Assembly: GCA_965153285.1 (NCBI GenBank)
Contig: OZ229112.1
Length of the DNA stretch: 64,000 nucleotides
Source: Podarcis tiliguerta
Taxonomy: Eukaryota
Strand: one strand, 5' to 3'
The notes below the pieces were generated by a model. The model was not told the DNA's origin. It did not search any database and saw nothing but the letters and a program-made list of their open reading frames with translations. The translations under genes and the position numbers were made by a program. Below are positions 48,801 through 62,760 of the stretch, one piece after another. The first letter of the stretch is position 1, and every line of letters begins with the position of its first letter.

Positions 48801-51262
48801 AACCCATAACTAAGAGGTGATCATCCAAACCATACATTTAAAATACTCTTATCCCCCTTTAATTATCAGGGCTTCCCCAAAGAATCCTGGGAACTGAAGT
48901 TTTTAACAGAACTGGGAATTTTAACTCTGTTACAAACTACAGTCCAGGAATTAATAATAATTATTTGCCCTTTACCAGCAGATCCGAGGGTGAGTTGCAA
49001 CAATTAAAAATTAAAAACAGTTAAACCAGATTGCAATTACATGAAAAGGCTTGGCCTTGAAAACACACATCTCAGGTGGCAGAGTAAAATGGTGTATCTT
49101 CAGCATTTGCCAATATCAAACAGAAATAGGTTCACCTATTTTGTTCTACCAAAGCTACATAGGATTCCGTTGTTCATTTTCCCTTTCAATATGCATTCAC
49201 AGCAAGATCCTGTGAGATACAGTTTATGTGGGATAACTGTGCAATGCACGTGCAAAGTGTCTCCAATGTATTGGCATGTGTTGATTTTTTTATGCATATA
49301 CAAGTGGTCTGTTGTTTTCTGCATTCTCTCTCACTCAACGTTGTTGTGAGCGTGTGGCTTAGAAAAGATCCAAATGGAAAGTTAATTTTAAATGCTTTGC
49401 AAAGGGGATGTTCACTTGCATTGCTGCCTCTCACCAGGAAAGAAATGGATGGAAATTAACTGAAATAACTCCTACTGCTGATTCCTTGTATCAGAGATTA
49501 TTTGAAGTGGTAATGTTCAGTGGTTGTTTTTCGAACTTTCTGCCTTAGCAGACATTGAAACAGCCTTTGCCTTACACTGTCCATTTTAAACCAATGAAAC
49601 AAAGAGCTGTACATAAGAAATTTCAAAGCCACCCGCTTCCTGCCCCCCAAAATAAAGTCCAATAAAACATACATATCTTCAACTGGATATACTTGGCAGT
49701 TGTATTTTAGCATTTCCAAAAGTTGCAAAAAATAGGAACACACTATTATTCCTTAGTTTATGATATTGTCTTTCACCTGTTGTAAGCTACACAGGACAGA
49801 TATGGAAAATCTGTAAGTCGGTTTCCCCCCAATGGCTTTCATGAAGAAGCCCACAAATACTGGCCTGATAACCAGTTTTTCCAAATTACCTGGATTGAGA
49901 TAGGTAGGTTCCAGCTGGGGGTGGAGGGAGGAGTCCATTACTGGAGCTGAATAAAACCATATAGGCCTTTGAGGAAGATACAAAATTATTATGACCTTTT
50001 CCAGTAACCCCAGGAAATATCAGCTAATGAACAAAATGGCAGAATGTTTTGGTCAGTTTTCTTTGTTCTTCCACGCAGCAATTCCCCAGAGCTGTTGCCA
50101 GCAGCCTTGAACTGCAGGCTTGGAGACAAAGAGGAGACCCACATCCTGTTCCTGCATTTCCTGCGTGGGTAGAACGTCAACCCGTTGCAGAGTGGTGCGC
50201 AACAAACCAACAGCTCCCCCTAATGGCCATGAATGCACATTGCACCTAGGTTAATTGTATATGAGGAACACTTGAGTCTCTGGGAGGTTAAAAAATATGA
50301 AAATATCGTGAGAGCTGCCAAAGAAGGGCACATGAGACGAAAGACAGAGAAACAGAAAAGCTATGAGGGATTAACATCTCGACCTCCAGAGGAAGAAAAC
50401 AGACAGATTTGGAGGAAGCTCCTCCCTTGAAAGAAAAAAAAGAGAGCCATGTCCCCATTGATTCAGAGTGCCCTCTTGAACCGGATTCAGAACAAATACA
50501 AACTTGGCTTACATAAAGGATGTATTTCTTTATTTGAAAACATTATACAGGCATTACATTGCCACAGCCAGTCCATGTTGGAGCATGCAAATATCAAAAC
50601 AGAAGAGAATTTGTTCAACTTCTCTGAACATTGTTGTTGGACATTTGTTTCGCTTTTGTGTTTTTTTGGTTCTTACTTCCATTTGTAAGTGTCAAAATTA
50701 GTGTGCTTTATTATGGCATTTAACAATTAAAATCCTACCCATGGGGTAAAATTTGTATTTATAGCTAGCTCGAGAATACTAAATTGGTTGGTTTTCTTGA
50801 AAAAAAGAGAGGAAATACTACACACTTGTCAAAAATGTTAATGGCACAAGTTAGCAATATCTAAACTATACACTGAAACATCTTCATCTGACACAGTGGT
50901 GCAAAATGTTAATTGCTTGGTCTGCTGTGGTTGGTGATTGTGTCCTTTAAGTCTGTGCGTGGAAGAAAAGCCAAGCTGTCCACTAGTTTTCATTCAGTAT
51001 CTTGCTACTACCCATCCAGCACCAACAGGACTTTTATTCCAGGAATTGGCCTATACAGTACTTGTGAAGTGATTGTTTTTAAGCTGGTGGTGTAGCTACT
51101 TGCTGGACAGAAAGACCTTTGCTGGTGTCCACTGCAACTCTTGGAATGGTACGAAATGAAACTATTTTTTTTAAAGTAACTTTCTCTGATGGGATGGGCC
51201 TCATTTTTAATTATATGTTTATAAATTTATACCAGTTGTTTCCTTTTTTCTCCCCAATGTTC

Positions 51263-54200
51263 TTTAATCAGATACAGCAAACAAAAATTTATTGTTCTAG
51301 TATTGGACAGTATCGACTGGGAAAGGCTCATTCCTTAGTAGTAGTACACATAAATTGCACGCAGAAGGTGCTGGGTACAAAGTACAGCAACTCCAAGAAA
51401 AGGAGGTCAGCAAGGCTGGTGGACTTTGCCTGAGACCCTGGAGAGTTGCTGCCAGAGAAGACAATATTGGGCTCAACGGTATAATGATCCGACTCAGAAT
51501 AAGGCAGTTTCATAAGTTATGATGTTTCAGCAACATGTGCAAGAACACAGTTTGGCTAACTGAACAGTGCATTTCTGAATATTCCCACTTCCCTCCATAC
51601 AGTGGAATAATTTGAATTATCCTAGAAAAATAGCTTCAGGTGGTGAGTTTCTAGCCATCTATAGACTGCAAAGTCTAGTTCTGGTAAATATTCTCATCAG
51701 AGAGCTGATAGATGCCTTCCATATGGTTTGTTTCTACTGAGACTTAAATCTACAAATTAGTGTCATAAAAATGAAATGGGGGGAAAAACCCATCTACAAG
51801 AACATTTGGCTTACAAAATAAATACTAAAAAATAAAAGTCCTCAGATACAAGGAAGCAAAATGAATGTTTAAGCAGGAAACAAACACATAAATTCTTCAA
51901 GAAATTGTTATGTCGAACATGAGACAACAGATTCAGAGAAAGGTATTTAATTGGTATAAAAGGTAGCAAAAGCAATGTGGGAGGTGGTGGTAGCCACCAG
52001 TAGACTTCTGATTTGAAACCTGAGAGAACAATTAAGGCTCCACCCCTGAACACACCTGCACGCATCCAAGCCCTGTTCTTTGATGCACCTAAGTATGTTC
52101 AGAATCGAACCCTGTATTTGTAAAGACTGGCTTGAACAGAAGAGAGAATCCAATACCGAAGCTTAAACAAAGCACAAACTTAAGGATATAAGCAATATTT
52201 AAGCAATGCCTAGGCCTTGTGTAGACTCTCAGGAAAGACATTCATGCTAAATGTGCAAATGATCACCTATTAAAACACCCCAGTCCTAAGCAAATGACGA
52301 GAAAGTTAATTTCATATAATTGTTTTATACATGGGAGGCCAGTCCTTTAAAATACAACTTGGAGGACCCTTGGCACTGCAGTGAATTTTGCCACTTAACA
52401 TGTGCGTTTTTTGGGGGGGTGGGTTGTAAAATTGAAGAAGACTGCTGGTGGATGCAAGGCAGAAATTACCGGTTTTGCCACAGAATGAATTAGTCATATA
52501 AATGGCTCTGACTTACTAGTTTGTCCTGAAGCAGCCCCGTTTTCACACTGCTGCATTTTTCATGCACGTAAAAATTCACTAGTGAACGTGCAGGCAAAGG
52601 CCTGATTGCAGCACTGTTGCCCACTGCCAGTGGTCCTAATCCAGACATCACTCCCTGTGGGTTCTTCTGTGTGCAGGTATCCAGTAAACTTTACTCCGTG
52701 GAATCACATTACTCCTAACAGGATAAGGGAGCGGACACCTTCCTTTCTCCATCTCTCACTGAGGTTATGAACGCATTCCTTCAGGTCAATGCCATGTGCC
52801 ACACCAGTTTTCTGCATGCAACATTAGTTGCACACAGGGTCTTCCTGCACACAAGCATCCCTGAGTAATCATTTTCTTAGCAGAAATCCTTCTTTCATGG
52901 TGACACTTTTTCTTCTTTTTTAGTTTTCTCACAGGAATAATATTTTTGGGCCCATAACACCCCTCCCCAAATGCCAATCTATTCCCCCAAGGCCAATTCT
53001 TGTCAGAAGACTAGATTTCAGCCAACAAGGTTTCTACATACAGAAATGGTTTGTGTGGTTTGCGTCAAATGTGCTGCAAACCCTGCTAAGAATCTAAGAA
53101 AGCGTTTCCTTGGCACTCCCCAGCTCATTTGGGAAACATCCAATTACTTTGAAGTCTCATATCTTTACTCTCATTCCCTTGAGGTAGGTAAAATAGCATT
53201 TTCTCACGGTCACCAGTGAGGAGGCGAAGCTATAACTGAAGTTATTTGACTCTTCCATTGTAAGGAAATCTCTTGAAACACTTTCCTATTACTCAGGCAC
53301 AGCTACCTTTCCTGTCTCTCAAAGAGAGAGAGCTCTAGATAAATCAATGACTCTTTTGTTTTCAGCCGAAAACAAGCACGCAAATCAAGGTGAGCCAAAT
53401 GAAATTTGCAGCGGTTTTGGCTTCATGCAGAAAGGTAGGAGGTTGTTCTGACTTTACACATGTCACAAGACGAATGAGGATCTTGCTGCCCTTTTCCCTT
53501 ATAAACACAGCAGTCCAACTTCAGCAACCTTTGGGAGGACTGAAGTCCATGTGCTGGACTGGGAGCTGTGCCATCCTGGGAGCTGGTGCAACACTGGCAT
53601 GCCAACCACTCCTCTTGTGTGACTTTGGGGTGTCTACGTCACCAGAGCGGCATGGGAAGCAGCAGTTCCCATTCTACTGTGGGAGGAAAGGAGTAACAAT
53701 TGCCTTTAAAAAAGCAAAGATGGACCATGTTAAACTAAATAATTGTACTAGTGGAAGCCACTGCAAGGAGTCCTGCTCCTCCCTCTCTCCTCCTGCTCCT
53801 GTGTGTCTTATGCCACCTGCTCTGAAGTTGGGGGAGCCTCCAGGACAGATTTAAGGGACATACAGGGAGAGGACAGGGGAGGAGGTTCCATCGCAGAAGA
53901 AAAATCCTTATGCTGCTAGAACCTTACTGGTAGTGCCCTGTTGAATACAAGCCTATGTATATGGAGCCAAATATGTATTTGACCAGAAAACAACTGGCAG
54001 AGAACTGATCAAGTACTTCCTTTCCCCACTCCTGCTCCCATGATTACACCGAGATATTCTGAGCCTGATTTATTTCCCCCCACCCCCTTCAAATAACTAG
54101 TTCATTTTCACTTGGTTATGTATCTTTGAATAACCTGTGTAGCTTGGGCCACACACAGGGATTCCAAACACACAGGCATCTTCTAGCATCAACAACTTGA

Positions 54201-56273
54201 TATGCAGGCAAAGGTGCGGTGCACACAAATATTTTTAGCTTGAAAACTTGAGAATATTTAATTCCAAGTCCCAGTTAAATCCAGGTGAATGGATTTTTAA
54301 AATCCACAAACAGCAGACCAAGAGTTTGAAGAAATATGAATAGTCTCCACGAGGGTGCCTCCATCAGAAATGTGGAGTGAAGAGCAAGGCCTAGGAACAT
54401 GCAGAGTTCGCAACACTGCTGGAGCCACCTCCATCTGGCCTTGTGTTCACCTTGAATGCAGAGAGGTCTATAAAACTGTGCTACCATTCTTTCTCCCCTT
54501 AGCCAGAAGACCCACAATAAATAATTAAAAAATAGAAAAAGGTACTTTCTTAGGACAGATTCAGTTTTCAAAGAGTAAGAAATGGGGATTGTTTCATTTT
54601 GTTAGTCTGCAAGATTAAGACACTGAAGAGGAAATACAATTTCCTTCTCACTGAATGGAGGACCTCAGCTACCAGTAAGGCGATTGTAAAAAATTTAAAA
54701 AGGTCAACGTCTCACTACTTCGCAATTGCAAGTACTTCTTTAAAAAGGGCAAAAATGTTTGTTTTTGACCTATTCCTAGAATAGAGATGGATATTGATAG
54801 TTGTCCATCCCCTGGCTTCCCAGAACACATGATTCTTTAGAGGGTGGGCAACCAGGTAGCTAAGACAGCTGAATGAACAAAACGGCACTGGGGTATAGAG
54901 GCGCTGTGATTAACCTGCCCTTTCCTGCACAGAACCAAGGTCATTGAAGAACAGCTGAAGGGTGTTTACGTGCAAGTGGGCCTACTGTACAACTGTGGCT
55001 TTGCTGAAACACTATATAACCCCTGGCAAAGCAACCTCCAAGAGGTGCAGAAATATCCCTTTGTTCATTACAGAATCTCATCTTGTATTCTGAACATGTT
55101 GTTTCAAGTGACTCAAGTCTTTCTTTCTTGCATTAGCTGCGAATTACCAAAGCCAACACTTTTTATAACCCCTAACACTACAGACCCTTTTCACTAGGGA
55201 TGGGCCACTGCATTTCCACTCACCCTAAAAGTGCTAAAGGTTCCCCCCACCCAAGTGTTCCAATCAAACACCCAAAGTCCTGCAGACCACCTGTCACCTA
55301 CACCTCTCCCCCAAGGCAACCCTTGCTCCCACCCTGAGAAAGAAAGGAAGGAAGTAGGAAAATGGTGGGAGTTCCCATTTATACACAGAACAAGGCCTTT
55401 TCTTTCCAGAGACCTGGGACTTGTTTACAACACTCAAGATTCCTGGTGAGAACTGCTGCCCAGCCTAATCTTTACCCCTTGGGAGGAGCTGATGTGCAGA
55501 GGAACTTTTTCTGCTAGGGATCCTGGGATTTTGTAGTCAAGTGCTCTGCATGTTGACGGGAACACCCACCACAGGTACCTCCTAATCACACCTTCTTCCT
55601 CAAGGGAGAGTTTTTGTTCGTCTGTATTTTGCCTTGGGGAAGAGCGGGGAGGTGGTAAAGGTGGGCACACCAGGAATACTGGCAGAACTGAGGTAGAGGG
55701 TCTGTTCACAGCAGGCAATCCAGAATTTGAGCAGTGCAGCCTGCACCCTGGTTTGAATTCCTACCCCACCCTGCTTTTCACATCAGCTCATCTGCTGAAG
55801 GACCCCTTGCCAGGAAGCTCCAGCACATTGCATCACATTCTTGGGGGTTGTTCTACGTTGCATACTCAGTTCAGGTATGGCACTGGCCAGGCCAATCAGA
55901 CCTCCCTGTTGCTGCCCATGACCTGAGTGTGCACCTTTGAACATACCTGCTGTGGACACCCCAAGGGTAACTTGGCAGTAGGCAAGCCCTCCTGCAGGAA
56001 AGTTGCCCACCATTGCTGAACTTTTCATTAAGGAGCCCTGATAAGTATGTGAGGAGCCCCAGCTTGAAAAGCACTGCCCTACGCAAAAGACTGAGAGTTA
56101 CTGCTCTTGGCTATACACATGTAGAAACAATATAGTTTGTATTTTTAATAAGCCTTCCCTATTTGCTACCTTGCAGCCCACCTGAGTAACTGCATCCGGT
56201 AAATACCTTTCTCTATGAATGATACAGAGATAATGGAGATACAAACTCCACTGAGGGTGGCAAGGGCCTGAGA
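51263..56273 (-). other. SLC35F1: Probable SLC35F1 3' UTR (3' end uncertain)
   Basis: Follows the TAA stop; minus-strand AATAAA at 51293-51288 and ATTAAA near 51268-51263 are candidate signals, but others exist (e.g. 50712-50707). Confidence 0.35.
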
Positions 56274-56498
56274 TTAGGCGACTCGGACGTGAGGTTCTTC
56301 TTCCGTTTCCTGGCCTAGGCTGGTGTATGTTACTGACGGTTCCAGCTGCCCAGAGGCTGGCAAGTCTACAACAGGACCCGAAGGGTTTCGAAACTGCTTG
56401 TACACCCGTGGGTCTTGGGCAACATATGTGGACGTTGAGGAGTACAGCACCAGCCCCACAAGGATTGTGAAGAACGACAGAAGATATAGTCCTGAAAA
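56274..56498 (-). CDS. SLC35F1: SLC35F1 terminal coding exon (solute carrier family 35 member F1)
   Basis: Minus-strand acceptor CTTTCTGTTTAG|; 225 nt; FSGLYLLSFFTILVGLVLYSSTSTYVAQDPRVYKQFRNPSGPVVDLPASGQLEPSVTYTSLGQETEEEPHVRVA* (TAA), recognised as the SLC35F1 C-terminus; matches known CEP85L-SLC35F1 synteny. Confidence 0.96.
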   Translation of the reverse strand, partial: FSGLYLLSFFTILVGLVLYSSTSTYVAQDPRVYKQFRNPSGPVVDLPASGQLEPSVTYTSLGQETEEEPHVRVA

Positions 56499-59400
56499 CT
56501 AAACAGAAAGAAGCTGGTAAGAGGCATGCTAGTTAAACAATACAATATGAAAGATTACAGAAAGCAAAATGCAGACATGGCCTGTGTTCAGGAAATCTTT
56601 CCTCTCCAAAGCAGTTTTACCTTTAAATAGGACACTTACTTGTCAAATGAGAACTCAGTACCAAAGATAAATTATGCAAGTCAGTACAATGAACACTTGC
56701 TTATTAGACTTTTGCAAAAAAATTGTTCTGAGGCTTTGCAAAAATCTAGAATTTCTTACCAAGAAACACAATGTGGTGGAAGAAAAATAGATGTGGTTAA
56801 GTGACAGGTAATCAAGGCACAAAAGGAAAGAGGATGCACAATGTCCCAAAAAAATCTTGCTTCGGAAACAAGTGCACAACAGAGGTCATGTGATTTCTAT
56901 CAAGAGAAATCTGCATGGTGAAAAACACATCAAAGATGAACCAAGGCTACAATCCTATGCAAAGCTTATACAGGAGTGAGCGCCACTGAACACAGTGCAG
57001 CGTGTGTGCGGAATTTATTTCTAAGACTCTATTCACATTCTTTGAAGTGGTAATACAAAAGCAATAAGTGACAAAGGACAACTATATAATGTGTGTGTGT
57101 GTGTATGATCTGAGCAGCAACAAAAACAACATTTTACCACATCCATTCAAGGACATTGAATGAAAACAGCATAAAAGCATCAGAAAAACCCCACACCTGA
57201 GCAGCATCAGGCTAAAAATTTGATGACACTCCAACTAAATACCAAGTCCAAATTTCTGGCACCAGCACAAAGTGAACTAAGCTGCTGTGAATTAAGTGAG
57301 CTGAGCTGTTGGTTGATTTTTGAGCTCAGCACTTCTGCATCAGGTCCACCAGTTCCATAGCACGAATGAGTGCTGTATTAAAAGAGCCATACTGGTACGG
57401 ACTTGCTGTTATGCTGACGTTAAAGGGAAGTTTAAATGGGATTTGGAGCCACCTTTTCTCCACTCCATAAATAAAGTAAGTAAGTAAATAAAATAAGAAA
57501 GTAAAGTAAAGGGGAGCATACTTTGATATGTTATTCCATTCATTGGTCAAAAGAACCTTAAGAAGAATGAATTATACAAATAAAACTGAGGCCATTGTGG
57601 GAAGAACAAAGAAAGGGTAGGTGAGATTATCACTTTCCTCCAACACTTTTATGTTAGGCATGGAGTAGAATAATAAACTAATAATACATGATGATAATCA
57701 CAGCCCAATGTATTCTAATTTAACAAAGCATGCTCAGAAACTCTTCTAGGCATGACTCTTCATCAACAGGATGCACTAGGTAGCCCACCAGAAATTGGTC
57801 ACAGATCTGTCAACAGACCACGAGTCGAGCTTCAATCCACTCCACACCCAGACCCAGCAACATAAAATGTTAGAACCGCAGGATTGAAGTTATTAGGAGG
57901 GATGTGCTTTGATAATCCTTCTGTGTTTCTTTAATCCTTTAAGAAAACAGTACTTAGTTTAATTCAAAAGGCATTTAAACCAACTGTTGATCCAGGGTAA
58001 GCAACATTTCTTCTGCTTGTTGCAAGAGCCTTCCCGAGCCACAGTATTCATCATGCTGTATGGCTTAATATAAATGCCTTGTTGCCTTGACAGCTGAAAA
58101 TATCATGTCAAAGAGCAGTCAGTGCTGAACGGTAGCTTTCATGTGGCAATGGCCTCCGTGATATGGTCTGAGATGAGACCTTCAGTACTGTGGCAATTAG
58201 GCTTGTTTAGACATTGTAGAACCAGATGGGCTTCTGTTATCTTGCTCCTGCTAGACTTAAAGTGATTGGTGGCTTGTTAGGTCATGACTGCTGCTCTTCA
58301 TGCAAGATCAAAGTGTAAAAACCACTGAACTTACTTTCTCTTTTTATATGACTGCCTCGGGCAGTTGGCCAATATGTTTATTAAGGCTAACCAACTGTCC
58401 ACAAAATTGTGGAAAGCTACATAAAGCACTGGGGGGTGGGGAGGTAGGACCAGAAATAGAAAATGCATAAAAAGTACAAAAAAATAGGTTGGATGTTGCA
58501 GCCATAAGACCAGCTTTTAGACTCAGTTCTAAGATGGAGACTGCAAACTGAGTCTCTGACAGGCACTATAGGGATTGGATTACACATTGAGGATTCTGGG
58601 ACAGCAAAGCAACAGTCGCTCAAAATTGCTAAAAGAGTGGATTATTAGCGCACCCCAGAGCATCCTCCTGGTATCTATGGCTTTATTTGAGAGAGATAAA
58701 AATACTTGAATGTTCCATACTTATTGGCAGTGCTGACCTAACAACAGTCAATGCTAAAGCAGTTATTAGCTGTCTTTGAGTGTCATAAAGGTGAAAGAGG
58801 TGGCAATTCAGGAACATTTCTACATAAGGCTTCATATTTATTCTGAATTATTCACTTTTTAATGTTCTCTAGTGATTCAATTTATCAGACAGCAGTTGAC
58901 AGGAGGGTTTTTTTGGAGGGGGATTTGCTTTGTTTGTGGGTGTAAAAAATTAATAAAGTGTCAGCTGCCAGTAGTAATTGATTCTGCATTGCTGTATTTA
59001 AAGGTAATGGCGCTCAAAAGCAAAGCCACCATAAATGATGGAGCCTGGATCTGTTGTTTATTTCTTTGTCACTGAGCTTTTACAATGTCTGCATCTAGTA
59101 TGACTTGCCAGAAAAAAATATTTTTTATCTCCCTCATACAAAAGTATCTCATTCCCATACAGAGAGAAGCAAGTTATTTGCAGCTACAAGCTCATTAACT
59201 TCAGTATGAGTTATTGCGTAAGTCACCTGGCAAGCCTGCAGTGCTGAGGTTTCTCTGAGGGTCTGCTATGCTTAGACGTTTTTTGGTACCAAAATATTCT
59301 ACAGTCACTGGACCAAAGTAGCACCAATGAATGAGAGATGTTTTGAGCAAGTGCACAGTTTTGTCACAGATCGGCTCTTCATCAGAGGCTTTGGGTTAAA

Positions 59401-60469
59401 AAGATGATGTTGCCCCAAAAAGAAAATGTTTGCCTTTGAAAGCAGCTCCTGTGTCTCCTTACGTAACTCATCTTATATCCTGACAGCATTTCACTGGTCT
59501 GGTCTGCATGACACAGGGAGCCAAACTATGGCTTATAAACGCACAAACCTTGGCTACAGCTCAGATTAGGGATCTTAACAACAAGACCTGTTTCAGGTGT
59601 CACACACACTAAGCCAAACTTTGGCTTAGTTTAGCACAACATAGCAGTAAAGAGGACCAGGAAGGAGGAAAGCAGTCCTGATCTGGGAGCCCTCCTGGTC
59701 TTGGTAAATGATAGTGTCATGCCAAGCAGGTCTATGAGTGTTCCCTGCCTCTGGCCAGTGGTATCAATGTGGTCAACTGGAGGCAATGGAATATTTTGTG
59801 TAATAGCAACAGACAATGAGATAAGATGTGTTGTACCTTACAGACAGAGGGCAGATTAAAAAAAAGAAATGTTCAATATGTTTTCAAGACATGCTTAAAT
59901 AGGGACTGCACTTTCTTTCAAGTAGCAGATCATGGGGATTACACAGAAATATACTTTTCCTCTTTCTTGTTGTGTCTTTACTACTGTATATTTATTTATT
60001 TAAAAGCACAGATTTATAGACCTAGCCAGTCACTCCTGCTGCCTTCTCTACCAGCTGAGAAGCAAAATATTCTGAGAAGCAGAGCCTGGGCAAGGCATCT
60101 CATCTACTTTGAAACATTCGTGATCCTATAAAATTCATGCTAACATTTCTGAAAGGCGGATAACAGCTGGCAGCATTACAGCAACAGATTTTACCACAGA
60201 ACTAATGTGGAATGTCTTACACAAAACTGGGGAAGATCACAGAGGAATTCTGTAAGAGGTAAGAAAGGTTTCACAGGTTTCAGCTGAATTTATTTGAATT
60301 GTGTGGGTTAAAGATCATGGCTTAATTCAGGTGTGGGGAGCCTCTGGCAAACCACATGTTGCTGAATTATAGCTCCCATCACCAATGGCCATTGACCAAC
60401 TTGGCTGGGGCTGATGATGAGATCAACAACATCTGGTTGACCATTGGTTAAAAGAGTTAAAGGAGTCAG

Positions 60470-60592
60470 CAAGCAGGTAATGGGAAAGGTCTCTTCCCAA
60501 GATCTTGGAGAGTCACTGTCAGACAGAGCCAACAATACTGAGCTAGATGAACTAATTATCTGATCTGATCTAAGGCAACTCCCTGTGTTCCT
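60470..60592 (+). mobile_element. SINE/LINE 3'-end fragment (multi-copy in window)
   Basis: CTTGGAGAGTCACTGTCAG...CAATACTGAGCTAGATG...AAGGCAACTCCC; related pieces at 51433-51515 (+), 16655-16700 (-) and 22700-22790 (-). Confidence 0.65.
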
Positions 60593-61934
60593 TATCCCTT
60601 TGCAGGACAGAGTGCTTTCAAGGTTTCATGGAAGATCCATTTGCATAAAACAACTAAATAATTTGTGTCAGAGATGTCAGTGGTCTAAACATACAAGACC
60701 GCTGAACAGAGGTGTGCATCAACAAATGCGCATTAATAAGCAGACGAAATATACTGCACATGAATGGGTTGTAAAAGATTTTTGGTACAAATCTGGTTTT
60801 GTTCTCTGTAACATCTTTCTTCTGTTGGTGAACTCATCCCCACCCCCCATGTAACAATGAGAGCAAAAAACACACACACAAAAACCCAATTACCTATTGA
60901 TTTTCAAAAGTAAAGTCCATTGTATATGCAATTATAAATCTCTAAGGTCTGATATACCACACTGCAGTGTCAAAGGGCAGAATGTGACTGTTGCCATTAA
61001 TTCATTCTCATCAATCATATGCTTGGCTGGAAAAGTAAAGGGTAGACAGATGGAGACAAACAATCCAATTTACCAGAAAAAGCTACACTGGAGACGCTGC
61101 ACCATGTTCTTGTGCTGATATATATAATTCTGAACCTTAGCTTCACATGGACTTGCATTAAGACAGGAGTGACTAGCATGTGGCCCTATGGATGCTGTTG
61201 GATGACAGTTATCATCATCCCTGAGCATTGGCCATGTTCTCTGGGGCTGATGAGAACCTGAGTCCAAGAGCATCTGGACAACCACAGGTTAGTCACTCTT
61301 GTTCTGAGGTTTCCCCATTCCCCCTAAGCACACAGCAACTTGGGTCAATGCTTGAAATCAGAGCAGCTGAACCAGTGGCACCACTTCTTGCAAGGAATCT
61401 AATATGCACATTGTGATATCAGAGAAGAATTAAGCAATGGCATCAAGAGAAGTGCAACAGGTAGAGAGACCCACAAGGATCAAATAGTTACTTCTAAATA
61501 ATTAAATTTAGAATTCAGGCATAAACTAGATCAAACTCAGTACCATGATGGGCTAGGTCTACTCTTGGTTCCTACACAGCGATCAAAAGGACATCCTGTT
61601 ATAGCCTTAGCTGCCACCTCTGAAGAGTGCATCTAATTCCCCTGGCTTGCAAACCATTTTCTTTAAGACATGATGCTTAGAAGTTTGATTGGATTCCCTT
61701 CCTGCATTCTGAATCGGTCTCTAATTGACTGAACACATTTCAAAGGCCTAGTTTGCATTTGTAGCTGAACAAGAGCATACACAGCACAATTTCACAGTCA
61801 TGTTGAGCAGTAAATGAGACATCACTTTGAAAACATTATCAAAATTGTAAGGACCGAATGGCCAACAAAATAATCAAATAGCAGCATCTGTATATATCCC
61901 AGATCTTTTCACAGTTTAAGTCACAGAGAGAGAT

Positions 61935-62012
61935 GGATTCATACTAAGTTAGCCACACTTTAATCCCATTGAAATCAATGGGACCAAAGTGTGACAAACT
62001 TAGTTTGGATCC
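61935..62012. repeat. 78-bp imperfect palindrome (probable tiny MITE relic)
   Basis: 38-bp arms with 6 mismatches around CCCATTGA-AA-TCAATGGG. Confidence 0.8.
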
Positions 62013-62424
62013 AACCTGTAATCAGGACATATGAGGGGAATAAGCAGAGCCCAGGAGTGAATAAAAGGCACATTGTCAGGATGCCTGCAGAACAAATAGG
62101 TACAGACATCCAAGGGAACCATGTGGTTACTGCAAGTTAAAGGAGAGGTGGCAAACATGGCACAAGTTAAATGCAAAGTATGGGATAGTGCCCCTTCATT
62201 GTTCACTATAGTAAATACTTGGCTCCCCATGCTTGACTGTAGTTTGCCATTAGTCAATTTAGCTAGAAAACATCCAGCAGCATCTATGGGAGTGACTTGG
62301 TGGCCACAAGTAGAGACCAGCCTTCTGCAATCTGGTACCTTCTAAGTTGTTTCCTAGGATTTTCATTAAAGTGTGAGAGGCAATACACTTCACAAATACT
62401 ACAGCCTACAAAGCCCTAAACAAC

Positions 62425-62760
62425 TTAGATCCAGGGTACCTTAAGGATCTCCTGAACCCCTTTATCCCATCTTGATCATATTCAGGAGCGTGGTTGGTCA
62501 TTCCCTTAGTTCACAAGGCTTATTTGATCAAAACAAGAAACTGAGACTTTAGTGTCATCAATAGAGATCCAGCTGGTGCCTTCTGTTTCCACTGCTAAAG
62601 CCAGCTGAAAACTTCTATTCCATCAGGCTTGTGCAGGCAATGAAGAACACATCCTTCCACAAATGTTATATGGTTTTTGTATTTTTTGTATATATTATTG
62701 TAAACCAATCCGATTTTTGTGTGTGAAAAACAATTTTCTAAATGAATAAAATGAAAAAGC
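62425..62760 (+). mobile_element. L2-like LINE 3' end
   Basis: CCAGGGTACCTTAAGGATCTCCT (PGYLKDLL) ... CAGCTGAAAAC ... TGTAAACC ... AATAAA tail; similar tails at ~18420-18500 and ~25470-25665. Confidence 0.55.

Noticed and set aside
53390-53854. 154-aa ORF on the + strand
   Set aside because: Non-ATG start, no recognisable homology, antisense to the probable SLC35F1 3' UTR, and its end overlaps an old repeat
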